Part shown: one piece after another, positions 50,670-63,465 of the stretch | How the letters are laid out: each line of letters starts with the position of its first letter | Numbering within the stretch: position 1 is the first letter of the stretch | From: Takakia lepidozioides | Lineage: Eukaryota > Plantae > Bryophyta | DNA length: 64,000 bases | Direction of reading: 5' to 3' | NCBI GenBank assembly: GCA_030704615.1 | Contig: CM060732.1 | Span: forward strand, 33,170,001-33,234,000 | Made by a program: the position numbers and the translations under genes | The notes under the pieces: generated by a model | Seen by the model: the letters and a program-made list of their open reading frames with translations, nothing else | Databases searched by the model: none | What the model was told of the DNA's origin: nothing

Positions 50670-51950
50670 AAACAGTCCCGGAATTTCCAACGTAGAGGTA
50701 ATTCGGAGCGCTGCACGATGGAATTCCGGCGCCGGATTTCCATCCTGCAGGTAATTCGGAGCGCAGCAGGATGGAAATTCAGCGCCGAATCTCCATCCAG
50801 CAAGGTAGGGCGGCGCTGGAAATTTCCCTCACGTAGGTAATTCGGAAGCGCGCGGATGGAAATCCGGCGCTGAATTTCCATCCGCGGAGGTAGGGTGGCG
50901 CGCCAAATTTCCCTCACGCAGGTAATTCGGAAGCGCGCGGATGGAAATCCGGCGCCGAATTTCCATCCGCGCAGGTAGGGCTGCGCGCCAAATATCCCTC
51001 ACGCAGGTAATTTGGAAGCGCGCGGATGGAAATCCGGCGCCAAATTTCCATCCGCGCAGGTAGGGCGGCTCGCCAAATTTCCCTCACGCAGGTAATTCAG
51101 AAGCGCGTGGATGGAAATCCGGCGCCGGATTTCCATCCGCGCAGGTAGGGTTTCCATCCGCAAGGTTGGGCGGAGAGCGGATGGATGGAGATCCGGCGCC
51201 GAATTTCCATCCGGCAGGAAAGTGGAATCCCGGATGCATGGAAATTCGGCGCCGAATTTCCATCCGGCAGGTAAGTGGAATCCCGGATGCATGGAAATTC
51301 GGCGCCGAATTTCCATCCGGCAGGTAATTCCCAGATGAGAATTACCTTCCTGCAGGTAATTCTCATCTGGGAATTACCTTTGTGCAGGTAATTCTGAACG
51401 AGGAATTACCTTCCTACCTTCATCGATAGGAATTACCTGCAGGAAGGTAATTCCCAGATGAGAATTACCTGCAGGAAGGTAATTCTGAGCGATGAAATAC
51501 CTGGCGAATGGAAATTCGGCGCCGAATATCCATACGCCAACGATCCGACTTACCTGCAGGATGGAAATTCGGCGCCGAATTTCCATCCGGGGGATGGTCT
51601 CTATCGGAGAGGTGCCGGCCTCTCCGCCGCTCTGTCGGATATTCGGTGCCGAATTTCCGTCCGGGGGTTGAAATATGACGGCCAGGTGCCGACCTCTCCC
51701 CCCTCCCCGACTGCATCCGAACCGCCCCGGATGGAAATACGGCGCCGTTTTTCCATCTGGGGATGTTTTTATGCTGGCCAGTTTTCGGCCTGACCCCCCG
51801 ACACGACTCCCTTTGGGGGGCCCGGATGGAAATTCCGCGCCGAATCTCCATCCAGGGGATGTTCTCTGTCGCACATGCGCCGGCCTCTGCGCCCGAGGCG
51901 ACTTCATCCGGGCTTCCCCTGTTGGATATTGGGTGCCGAATTTCCATTCG
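50670..51950. repeat. B-type palindrome arrays (85 and 53 bp units) plus an AGGTAATT/AATTACCT inverted-repeat cluster in the divergent intergenic region
   Basis: GGATGGAAATTCGGCGCCGAATTTCCATCC repeated; AATTTCCCTCACG units at about 50821, 50906, 50991 and 51076. Confidence 0.9.
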
Positions 51951-52249
51951 GGGGTAGTAATGTGACGGCACGGTGCCGGCTTCTCCCCTTCAGCCGTCAT
52001 CATCCGGACGGCCCCCACTTTCTGACTGCATACCGTTGGCAGTTATTGCGCAAAGACCAGGGGCCGCATTCCAGAGACAAGGTTCATTAACACTCTGACT
52101 GTGGATTTTTGAGATAGTTGGCTCCCTGGATTTGGATCAGGCTTCGTCGCTCGGACAAATCGGCATCGCATTCATTCCCATCGCTGCATCCCCCTTCTAC
52201 CGGGAGCTTCCCCGCACGCCATCCTGGCAGTCTTGTGTGCACATCTCCC

Positions 52250-55200
52250 ATGGCGGAAAACCCGAGCGCTACAGTGTACTGCCCTCCTCACGAGCATAGA
52301 GCTTCATTTCCGTGCAGAGGGGACACCTGCCGGGTGATGGAGAAATATCTGTGCGTTCGATACCACCTGAAACCGGGGTCGGTTTTTTTGGAGGAGGAAA
52401 GGAAGGACTCTAACGGCCTTGTTGTCGAGAGTATTGTTGTGTTCCACGATGATTTCGGCGATGGCAGGGAATGGCGAGTTCCACCATCGGACAGCGTCAT
52501 ATACAGGGCTGTTGGGGACTTCATTTGCCCGCCAAATGCACCTTCTATCCTGGCGCCTTCCACGAAACAATCCGCGAATCAGAGAGTGGCTACCTCAAAG
52601 AGAGAAGTCCGCAACGAAGTAAATCTAGAGCCGAACCCATCCATGAAGACGAGCGAGAACCGAGTTGTTCACAACCTCTCCGACTCAGACGAGGTCATGG
52701 AAATTCCGAGGTCGTCCTGGAGATCAGGCAAGTCCTCAATGGACGTCAGTGGAGGACGGAGTCATATTCCCAGCACGAGCACCGCAGTTCAATCTATTCT
52801 TGAAATTCTGCGAGGGCTTCACCTGGAGGGACACCGGTCGGAGCTGGCCGGGCTGGACTACAGCAAGTTCGCAATTAAATCGTTACATGCCTTCCCGCCA
52901 ACGTCGACGGTAATATCTTCTTTGAGTTCCCTCCTCGGGCGGACTACTCGAGGGCGTCCGGAATGTTGACAGATATGGATAGAAAACATGACGGTCATCC
53001 TTGGTGCGTTACCAAAACCACCAGCATGAAGATGCTCGATGGTGTGCGGGTGCGCTACGTTGTTTGTGCGGGCGCGTTGCGGTGTTTCTCCCCAACTTGC
53101 TTCCACTTTAAATCCAGAGGTCACAGGAACGAGACCGATTGGACAGGCACAGCTCATCAACCATTTCGAGCTCAGGAGAAGGTTCCGAACTCCACATTTA
53201 AGTGTGCACATTGCAAAGAACCACCACACTGCATGTCTGTTTGTAATGCCAAGCAGTTCTATGTGTTGCACCGTTTCTCTGACCTCACCCGAGCTTGCAT
53301 ACACGTTGGTTCCCATTGTCACAAATTGGCGAGGGGGAACTCGCGGGAGGCTGCCCACGAAGCAGAGCAGCTCGTTCAGGAGGTGGTTAAGTTGAGACCG
53401 GGTGCCAAACCCAAACAGATACAGCTCCAAGCCGCCCATAAGATGGCATTGGCCAGAATTATGTCGGAAGACGGCTCCGATAGAGTTCCTCTCGACGAGA
53501 AGGAAATGGCGGCATTGCTGGAGTCGGTGTCCCATGTATATTCACCGAATGTCCGAAACCACATTGTCTCATGCAAACAGAAAATTGGGCGTGGCTCGGA
53601 TATGCACTCCATTCTGGAGGTGAAGCGACGATGTGGATATGACTACATTCATGGAAGTAGGTTTCCAGGACAAGGGACTGAGGCAGATCGTTGTTTCGTA
53701 TTCAAAATGTCCACGTGTGGACCTGGGAGCGGCGTCGAACTGGTCGACAGGATGGCGAGTGGGAACTTGTCAAACAGTTGGGTCATGTTCGACCATATCA
53801 AGCGAATTACAAATCACCAGTGGGTGACAATGGGTGCACATGTCTACGACACCCACTGCAGGATGCTAATGACAATTGCTATTTGTGAGATGAAAGGAGA
53901 GGACACACAATCGGAGATGCTTCTTTGGCAGGGAATAAACGAACAGATGGCCAAGGCGGGATTGCCCCCTCCGAATTTCCGTGGTTTCATGGCGGACAAC
54001 GCACAAGCAAATTGGGCTGTCATCCGAAGGGTGTACGGGCAAGACCCCAATGTTCCCATGGAAGGCAATGAGAGATCTTGTGGGTTCCATTTTCTGCAGA
54101 GCCTTTCGCAGTACACAACCAGGCTCGTGGCGCCAGATTTCATAGAGGAGCATCGTTCCATGTGCCTTGCGTGGAAGCGCGCTCCCACCTTGGATGATGC
54201 AGAGACACAGTTTGCATGCATACGGGCTTGGTGGACATCGTCAGGTGCTGTAAGGAAATCAGACGAGGGAGCAATGGTCAGTTGGCTAGCATGGTGGCAT
54301 TATCGTTTCCTCCAGTTCGGCGATTATATGCGGGAGGTGAGTTGCACGAATTCGCGTCCCGTTGAATATTATTCTTGGCCATATTTGTAACTTGCTTGTA
54401 ACCTGAACATGTGATTGTGCAGGAAATGTGTCTCGACTCCGACACCGACATGCCCACGACAAACATGGCCGAATCAGTGCACTCTTCCTGGCGTGCCTCC
54501 TCTGCGGCGCATCTGGTGGACATCCTCACTGCCACAACGGAGGACATTGTGAGGTCAATTATGTAGCAATGCAGGTACAACGAGTTCTTGAAAGGGAAAC
54601 AGTGGGGCTTGGGGCCGGACAGGCAGGAAATGCTGAAGCGGACTACCTCTAGATCGAAGAATCCTCGGAAGTGGGCGGCGGCCTTGCGAGAGGGCCTTTG
54701 GGACACGCCATTGCTGCGAAGAGGCCAACATTTGGAAGGAGATGTTCATACCCGTCCAGTGAGACGAAGACTTGACGAGGCACCTGGCGGAGAAGAGGAT
54801 TCATGGCGAGCTGACAAGAATATTCGCACGCTCCCTCGTGGTCCGGTGATGTTGCTCGAGGAGGTTTTGTCGAGCACCGCAAGTCCTGCACGTTCAAGAT
54901 CGCCATCTCCTTTGAGCACAGGGCGCGTGCCCCGGCAACATAACGAGCCATCTGTAGTAAAGCAGTACAACATTCCCATTGTGGAGACAAGAGTGTCGGT
55001 GTCACAGTGGAGAATTGCGAGGACATTGCCGGCATTTCGAGGGAAGTGCTGCGCCATCCGGGTGGATACGAGAGCACGCTGTGGTGAGATGATTCGGAGG
55101 AACCCACACGGTGCTGTACCTGCACCTTGTTTCAGCGGCAGATTTTTGACTCCCACATTTGCTCACGCCACAACGCAGACATTTTGGTTCTGTAGGCACG

Positions 55201-55794
55201 ACATAATGACCTGTGTATTTGGCAAGCCCAAGTACGGGATTCAGGGAATGCCGGAGCCTCCGGGCGTCTGGCCTGTTGCACCGGGTTGCAGCCTCTCTCA
55301 GAATGAGGCGGATGCTCTATCTGCAGCAGGATTTCGAATGGTGCAACGCACAAACATCCCGGCCGCCGCATTTCCGGTTCCTCAGACCCAGCCATTGCAG
55401 ACTGCTCGGTCCAGTAGAGACGGATTGGACAATTCGCAACAAGTTGAATGAGACTCGGATTGCCAATGCTCTTGGGATGGCTTGCACTATTCAGAGCTCC
55501 GTGGACGTACCCCCACCCGGCCTTGGGCGTGTGTATCGGATGGCAACGGCCGGCTCGGCTGTACGCGACGATGTATACACAATTACGATTGGAGTGGAGC
55601 CGACTTGCAATTGTACGGACTTCTCGTTGATGGAAGCAAAGAAGGGTTCGAAGTATTATCCGTGCAAGCATCTGTATTACATCTACCTGAAGAGGTTGAG
55701 GATGAACGTGACTATTGATGACTTTATTCATGCACCGGCGTTGAGCGTGAACGAGCTGCACAAACTCCTCCTTAGGGATTCCAGAAATCATTGA
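52250..55794 (+). pseudogene. MULE transposase, lineage B (B2 copy); intron 54337-54422; frameshift near 52880, TAG at 54564, small deletion near 55435
   Basis: ORFs 52118-52969, 52963-54390 and 54588-55451, plus the SWIM-bearing end of 55213-55794 (PTCNCTDF..CKHLYYIYL). Confidence 0.9.
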
Positions 55795-55949
55795 TGGGGC
55801 AAACGGAATCCTCCATATGAATATTTTCAAATGCATTTTGCTGTATCAGATTTTTTTTTGCAGTGTAATGAAATGCACCCCAAAACTCCTGGAATGAGGC
55901 AATATTCCATTCAAACTGAGATCCAACAGAAGCAGTTGTGGGGCCATTT

Positions 55950-56385
55950 CTGGAAAAATGGCGCCGAATTTCTCTTTTTGGGGCCGAAAACTGGCTAAGT
56001 CCCAACATGCACTGGTACCTGTGTCTGGGAAAATGGCGCCGAATTTCTCTTTTTGGGGCCGAAAACTGGCTAAGTCCCAACATGCACTAGTACCGTGTCT
56101 GGAAAAATGGCGCCGAATTTCTCTTTTTTGGGCCGAAAACTGGCTAAGTCCCAACATGCACTGGTACAGTGTCTGGAAAAATGGCGCCGAATTTCCCTAT
56201 TTTGCGCCGAAAACTGGCTAAGTCCGAACATGCACTGGAAAAATGGCGCCGAATTACCTGTCATGAGGGGACCTATAGCCGTGGAATTCGGCACCATTTT
56301 TCGCCAGAGAGACCTATTACCGCGAAATACGTCGCCATTTTTTCAAGTTACGGACCCTATTACCGCGAAATTTGGCGCCATATTT
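55950..56385. repeat. Subterminal B-type palindrome array (74-75 bp units)
   Basis: GGAAAAATGGCGCCGAATTTC-like sites at about 55952, 56027, 56101, 56175 and 56237. Counterpart in B1 at 13640-13960. Confidence 0.9.
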
Positions 56386-56626
56386 GCACATGTCGCTGGG
56401 AATTGGCATGAGCGGAAGACGAAATATCATGAGCACAACTGTCAAAACTGCAATTTTCCCTTCAAGGGGCCGAATAATATATTTGTTTTTCCTGACACAT
56501 TGCATTAAATTATTGTTTTTTATTGTTTTTTATTTTCGAAATTTGTACTTCTGCTCATGAAAACCGATTGTCTTACTACTCTGCTCATGCCGCTCATGCT
56601 CATGAAATAGCAAACCTCAGTCGGAC

Positions 56627-58328
56627 AGCAAACCAGAGATGCAGACACAACATCGTAAATTATGCAAAAAGTACAAAGATGCTAGAACAATGAAAGAGGC
56701 GGACACTTTGTTCCAGACAATTCGTGCCTGGTGGTTCTCTTCTGGAGCTGCATCGCTTGAGAGCATGATAGCATTGGAAGATTGGCTGGCGTTTTGGCAC
56801 TTCCGGTACAGATAGCGGGGAGCAGCCATGACAATGGTTCGAGGCTTCTATTGCTTGCTTTAGTCATACCTTTACTTTCCAAATTTTCTCTCCATGCTTT
56901 CTTTATGTTTATCCCATGTGCACTGTTCTGAAGTGTGGTTTTTCACTATGCAGAACATGTCCATTGAGGAAATGGCGGACATGTCATCTTGCAATTTGGT
57001 AGAGACTGTGCACAACGCATGGTTGCAACAGTCTGGGAAACGAGGTCGGGATTTGTATGTGGCAACAACAGATGATCTGATACGTGCCTTGCAACAACAA
57101 ACCAAATACCGGGATTTCTTGCGAGGTGGGGTTGGTGGCAAGGGTCCGGACAAACTGGAGTTGATGTTGCGTGCTGCAAGCAGATCTGGGGATCCAAGCA
57201 AAATAGCACGGGCGGTGAGCATGTATGCCCAGGGAACGCCACTTATTTCAAGAGTTCCACATCTTGAAGGGGAGGAGAGATTCGGCTCCTGTAAGAGGAA
57301 ATTGAACACCCCACCTAGTTCGGAATCCGATTCGCACAGGGCAGACCGTGATAACTTCTTGAAGCCTCGTGTTCCCCTGCATGACAGATCCATTTCTGGA
57401 ATCTCCATTGTGGATGAACCTCCGACACGACGACAGGCTCCAGCATCAAACAATACCACTGAAATGGTGCAGGAGAGAAACTACCCCCTTGATGTGCTGG
57501 AGTCCGCGTGCCCCGATCACATTTGGCACATAGAACTCACAAATGCAGGGACTCGTGTGAAATGCACAGCAATCAGGACAACTAATTTTGAGAAGTGCAC
57601 TTCATCTATATCCAGGGGCAGTGCCCGGACTCCTGTTCCGATTGATGTGTCCATACGGCCAACCAGAAGCCAAGAACCACAAATTTTGGTTCTGCGCAGA
57701 CGATTGTGGTAGATGTGTACATAGAACTGTGCAACCTTCCGTGGTGATGAACCAGCTCCTCCAACCGTTTGGCTCGTCAAGATGGGAAAACATCTCACAA
57801 GTCAGGAGATTGCAATGCTGGAGGAGACAGACTTTTCCCTTGCAAGACAACCCCAACTGCATGCATGTGCTTCTACTTCTGCGTCCTCTCGGGTCCCTCC
57901 GGCAAATCCTCACTTGTGGCCAACCAAACGAGATGGAAAGTTGGTTCGGCGTTTCCCTCCAATCGCTGAACACTTCGGCAAAGTGAAATCCGCAAGAATG
58001 CTCCAAGCTCATGTTGCAAGCACCACGGAAGTACCCGATCCAGGGTATGGTCGGGTGTACACAATGATCACTTCGACATCTGTTGTTCAGGATAAGGCCT
58101 ACGACATCACGGTTTCTAATTTCCCCAATTGCACATGTCCTGATTTTGTGAATATGCTATCAACCAGTTTGGGCAAAGAGAGGAAAATTCATACCCTGCA
58201 AACATTTGTATTTCATATTTTTGAAGAGGATGGTTTGCAATCCCAAGCGTGACCATTTCGTTCACCAGGCCTCGCTGAGTTTCAACGAGGTCAATACTCT
58301 GTTGCAGCGGGATACAACACATAGGTAG
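56627..58328 (+). pseudogene. MULE transposase lineage C, 3' fragment (catalytic E and SWIM), frameshifted
   Basis: IRAWWFSSGA; intron ~56836-56953 at the same position as in A and B; CNLVETVHNAW; YGRVYTM..PNCTCPDF. Confidence 0.85.
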
Positions 58329-58629
58329 CATCAACTATCACTTCGTGTATCTGGAATGTGGTGAATGTGCAATCTGCAATCTACAATCTGAAATGTGCTT
58401 TTTATGGACTATGAGTATGCAAGATGAAACCTTGGAAGGTATTCATGTGAGAGTATTGATAGATCCTGGGGCAACATAAAACTTCTTATCTAGAAAGGTT
58501 GCCTTGAAACTAGGACTCCCCTCATAAAAAGATGAAAGAGAGGAAGTAGAAATGTCAAATGGACATACATAGGCCATTGAGACACTACCTAAAAAGGTAG
58601 AGTTGTCGATTGATAAATATAGAGAAACC

Positions 58630-59797
58630 CAGGGGTGCACACGTCAGTGACGTCACGTCACATCGGACCTGATGCTGACGCGACCAACGTCACGTCAGTT
58701 TTGCCGAAAATTCAGTAAAACATGAGTTAGATAAAAAATATGTCACGTAGGTGGACACGTTGTATTCCAAGCGACATCTTGGCAAGTGAATGAATTGTTT
58801 TATAAATTACTCCATCCGCCAGTATTTGAGGTCATTTTTAAATCATTATTGTTAAATTGGTACGACCTCCAAATGGTGGTGGTCGCAGAATTTATCTTAT
58901 TTTTTAATAGTTGTGACCAGCAGAGGGGTTGTCGCAACATTTTTGTTTTTAAACAATAGATGCGACCACCAGCAGGGGTGGTTGCAATTTTTTCTTTTCT
59001 TAAACAGTTGCGCCCACCGCTACTAGTGGTCGCACAATTTTAATTTTATTTATAATAGGTGCGACCGCCATGGGGGGTGGTCGCAACATTTTTCTATTTT
59101 TTAATATCTGTGACCACCAGCATGGGGGTGGTCGCAACAATTTTCTGTTGTTTTTTTTTTTTTTTTTCCTTAAAATAATCTTTGTGACCACGAGCATGGG
59201 GGTGGTCGCACCATTTAAAAAAAAAAAAAATAGGTGCGACCACCAGCAGGGGGATGGTCGCAGCAATTTTCTGTTTTTTAATATCTGTGATCACCAACAT
59301 GAGGGTGGTCGCAGCAATTTTTTTTTTAAATAACATGCAACTTACTCGCACCCAATTTAAAAATATATAAAAATGTGCGACCACCCTCTGCTTGTGGTCG
59401 CACCTATTAAAAAAAAATGAAAATGCTGCGACCACCATCTGCTGGTGGTCGCACCCATTTAAGAAATAAGAAAAAATGTGCGACCACCCCCTTCTGGTGG
59501 TCGCACCTATTTTTTATTTTAAGAAAATTGTCCGACCAACCGTTGCTGACGGTCACATGATTGACAATATAAATCATAATATATAAATTTTACAGATAAA
59601 TAATGAAGTCCACGTAATGAGGCCACATCGGTTGCCACGTCGGTTCTCATAGTAAATAGTCAATAGTAAAGTAAAAAAATAAACATATTTATGTACAGTA
59701 ACGTCCGTTTAGGACGTGACGTGACGCACGTCTGTCGCTGACGTCGGACGTGACGCTGACGCGTCAACGCCACGTCACGTCCAAATTTGCAACTAGG
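58630..59797. mobile_element. Non-autonomous, possibly hAT-like DNA element (~1.17 kb) with ACGT-rich subtermini and an internal hairpin array
   Basis: Interrupts the Gypsy protease frame. Flanked by GAGAAACC/GAGAAATC (8 bp, one mismatch). Starts CAGGGGTGCA; TIR match is weak. Confidence 0.65.
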
Positions 59798-60942
59798 GAG
59801 AAATCTTAGAATGACGAGTGGTCAGACTGGCTCGATATGACGTAATATTAGGCATGCCTTGGATGGATTCTCACAACCCTGATGTTGATTGGCGTCGAAA
59901 GATAGTCAAAACCCAGAATTGGAAAATATGGGGAGATCGAGTGAGGACACCATATCGAAACCTACCATCATTTGTTATAGGTACTACAGCTATATGTAAG
60001 AAAGACTTATTATTTGTAGGTTTAATGAGAGACGTGGAAAATCCGAAAAAAGACATGAATGAGGTCCCTATAGAATTACAGAGTGTATTGAAAGAGTTCA
60101 AAGATAGTTTTCCATATGACCTACCAGCACGGCTTCCGCCAAAGAGAAGAGTAGATCATAAGATTGAGGTTGTTCCAAGTAGTACTCCTTCTTGTAAAGT
60201 CCCTTATCGATTAACACCAAACGAATTGGAAGAATGTAAGGCTCAAGTCGAGGACCTACTATCAAAAGGCTTCATAAGACCAAGTGTATCCCATATGGAG
60301 CGTCGGTGCTGTTTGTGAAGAAAAAAGATGAAGCAATGCGCATGTGCATTGATTATCGAACACTCAATCAGTAGACAGTGAAGAACAAGTACCCGTTACC
60401 ACGCATGGACGATCTATTTGACCAACTGCGAGGAGCAAAATACTTTACGAAGCTTGATTTGAAGAGTGGATACAACCAAATTCGAGTCGCTGATGACGAT
60501 GTATATAAGACCACTTTCTGCACTAGGTATGGACATTTTGAATACAGGGTTATGCCATTTGGTCTTACCAATGCCCTAGCCATATTCATGGGCCTCATGA
60601 ATGATATTTTTCGCCCATTCTTAGATATATTTTTGATAGTATTTTTAGATGATATTTTGATCTATAATAATAGCCTTGTCGAGCATAAAAACCACCTCAA
60701 ACAAGTATTACAAGTTCTCCGTGAGAATCAGCTATATGCCAAAGCATCTAAATGTGAGTTTGGAAAAAAAGAAGTAGATTATCTTGGGCATCGCGTGAGT
60801 AGGAAGGGAATTGAAGTAATGAGTGAGAAGAAGCTATTCAACAGTGGATAGCCCCTAAAGACATTACCCAATTAAGGAGTTTTCTTGGCCTTACCGGAAT
60901 CTACAGACGATTTGTACGAGCATTCTCAAAGATTGCCCAACC

Positions 60943-61662
60943 TGTCGTGCACCTCACTTCGGTAAGCTCCCCTTCAAGTCATAGTTGCTAGCTAGATGCG
61001 CGCGCCCCACTCCCAACCTGGCCGCCGGACCAACTTGGAGCTTCGGCTGCTCACCGGGGCATAACGGTCCCCCTTTGTTCTCCCAAAGAACCCTCCACCG
61101 ATTTGAAAAACGGGAATTCCCTTTGGTAGTTGGCAGTCCGGAACAGCTCCCCACTCTTTGGTCGCTTTTCGGCTCGTTCGCTTACTCACTAGTTTTTGGT
61201 CACCAACGGGCTTGCACCGTTCTCGGGGTTACTACTCCCTATATATACTTCTGTAGCTGTGCGCGGGGGTTTCACAACCAGCCATGCCATTTTATGGCGA
61301 ATCACCACGAAAACCCTTGACTCCCGGTGATGAGTCGCGGTGAGTCTTGGCCCACTCACACGGCCCCTATGGACCGTGATGAGTCCAAGACTCCACGACT
61401 CCCACCACGAGGTCTCGCCCCCCATGGTGAGTTCTATGCCACCCCCATAAGTCCCGCTAAGCTACCACCACCCCTTGTGGAGCCACCCCCACCGCAACCC
61501 GGTGTGCGGGGCTCCACCTAGTGAGCGCCTCCGCCTCCTTGAGTGCCTTGGGCACTCAAGGGTGCTTCAGCCCCCCCATACCTATTGCTGCCACTGCCCC
61601 CACCACAGGGGCAGCCCCTCATTTGTCCCGACCCCCTGCCCTCAAGGCAAAGGGCCGCGACA
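60943..61662. mobile_element. Solo LTR, 720 bp
   Basis: TGTCG...CGACA termini; 5 bp TSD CAACC on both sides; removal restores IAQP-LTNLL in the host pol. Confidence 0.92.
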
Positions 61663-61971
61663 CAACCATTGACAAATCTTTTGGGAAATGTGATCCCTAT
61701 GATTATCTATGCTGCACAACTGGGAAATGTGATGATTGGCACCGATCATCACTTCATTCAACAGAAACAGACTGCCTTTGTTAACAGAGGCATGATTCAG
61801 AATAGAAACATGGACATCATCTGCAATATTCATTTGGATGACGTGAGAAGACCGGAGTAGTGGAAGTGATGATCGATACCGACCATCACCAAACTGATGT
61901 GTAGCAGAGAAGAAAAATTAAGCTTTCCCAATAAGGCATTATAATATTTCAAAGACTTTGATGGATAAGAT

Positions 61972-63430
61972 TTAGATATTGGACCTGTATACAACACGCA
62001 TCATCGCCCACTCCCCTCCAACTTGACTGTCGAAATCGTTCGACCTCAATATGTTACCATCCTTGGAGAACTCGCGGAAGAAACAGTACCGCCAAGTGAG
62101 ACATTTCCACTTTCTAATGTACGCCTCCAAGGACATCTGTGGTGGTGAGACCATTGAAATATTCAAGTCCTTCAAATTCTGCTCCAGGACAAGAATGGCG
62201 CGTTTCTCCAACTGCAATGGGAACATCTATCAGAACTGCCCACGACAAAGCTAAAGGATAATTCATATACAATATGCACAATCCACAAATACCTGACTCC
62301 AAAATGTGGCCTTGTGAAGCCACTGATCGAAGACAATGTCATTTATTCCCTCGACCTTTGTTCCAGGCTGGATTGTGCTTTTTGGGAACTGATTCAGATC
62401 CTTCACCGTCTGATCCGAGTTCCAAATCTCAAGCCATCTAACTTTTGTCTGGGGGTCGACCATGGAGAGAGCCAGCCTGTGCAATTTCTCCTGTAATATC
62501 TCTGGATGTACATGCTTGTCATAGTGGGCTTTGATCTGGAGAAAGAACTCCTCCCCAAGTCCGGGATCCACAATTCTCAACTGCTTCAGGAAGGCAGACA
62601 TCAGCTTCGTCCTCCTTATCTTGTACTCCTTCTTTATGGCTGCTCCAACACCTTTAGTAGTCCTTAGCTCTTCTGCTGTAGTGCGGTAGTGCGGTAGTAC
62701 TCAGATTTCCCCCTCTCGGCGGCCTCTGCCAGTTCTTGCTGCATGTAACACGATTGGATAAGAACACTAATGATTACAAATATGTTTTGAAGAAGATAGG
62801 AAGATATGGGTTGGGCCATACCGCATACATATACTCCAGAAATGCATCTCGGGTCAACGAGTACCAGGTCCCTGCAGCTCTTCCTGTTTCGCACTTCTTG
62901 ATTACATCCGGTTGTAGCACTGTGCGGAACTCATCAAGCTTCATCAAGCCAATTCTTTGAATACGGAAAAGTGTGTGGACCAAGCTCGTAGTAACATGCG
63001 ATTTCTCTGTCGATCTGCAATTAGAGAACATACATTGTATAGGTTAGAAATATTCAACGATTCGACATTAGATGCGCAAAACTTGCAATTTTAAAGGCAA
63101 TGGGTTATTAGGATGTCCTACTTGTTCCTCATGCCATAGCAGTCAGAAGCCTTGCGATGTCATTCCCAGGATCCAGAACCATTGCCTCCACAGCACAATG
63201 CTTGTCCTTGTCTTTTGAATGGTGTTTCGCAATGTACCCCATCCAAGCAAGAAGGCGATGGTTCCCGTCCCAAACATAGAACATGTGGTTGCAGAACTGC
63301 TGAGTGTTATGTCCAAGGAGCAGGGAGTCCTCGAACTCGTCATTCACATCCTTCCAGCAATCATCCCAGTTGTCCGTTATCTCTGGGCTCACTTTTGTGC
63401 TGTTACCATTTTCTCTTGGGACCCTCATTT
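61972..63430 (-). pseudogene. ParB-MTase cargo gene fragment from a third, more diverged lineage (ParB-like and central exons)
   Basis: MFYVWDGNHRLLAWMGYI, HVTTSLVHTLFRI, DPGLGEEF..EKLHRLA, FFREF..AMMRVVYR. Confidence 0.85.
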
Positions 63431-63465
63431 TTTCTTCTATACAAATTGGACCTGTCTGTTGCAGG

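Larger units (their letters stand above)
43032..56618 (+). mobile_element. MULE-like giant transposon, lineage B, copy B2: structurally complete, 13,587 bp, 8 bp TSD AGTCGGAC
   Basis: TSD at 43024-43031 and 56619-56626. Imperfect ~21 bp TIRs (GGGGGCTGCTATTTCATGAGC / GCTCATGAAATAGCAAACCTC). Removing the element restores the host frame LEKHTKSD-SKPEMQTQHRKLC. Confidence 0.95.
58420..61690 (+). mobile_element. Decayed Ty3/Gypsy pol fragment (aspartic protease, reverse transcriptase, start of the RNase H linker) with two nested insertions
   Basis: [66 protein letters not shown]|LTNLL. Several stops and frameshifts. Confidence 0.9.

Noticed and set aside
58860-59560. CRISPR array or integron attC-like sites
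   Set aside because: Spacers are low-complexity A/T tracts, there is no cas or integrase gene, and the array lies inside a TSD-flanked insertion.
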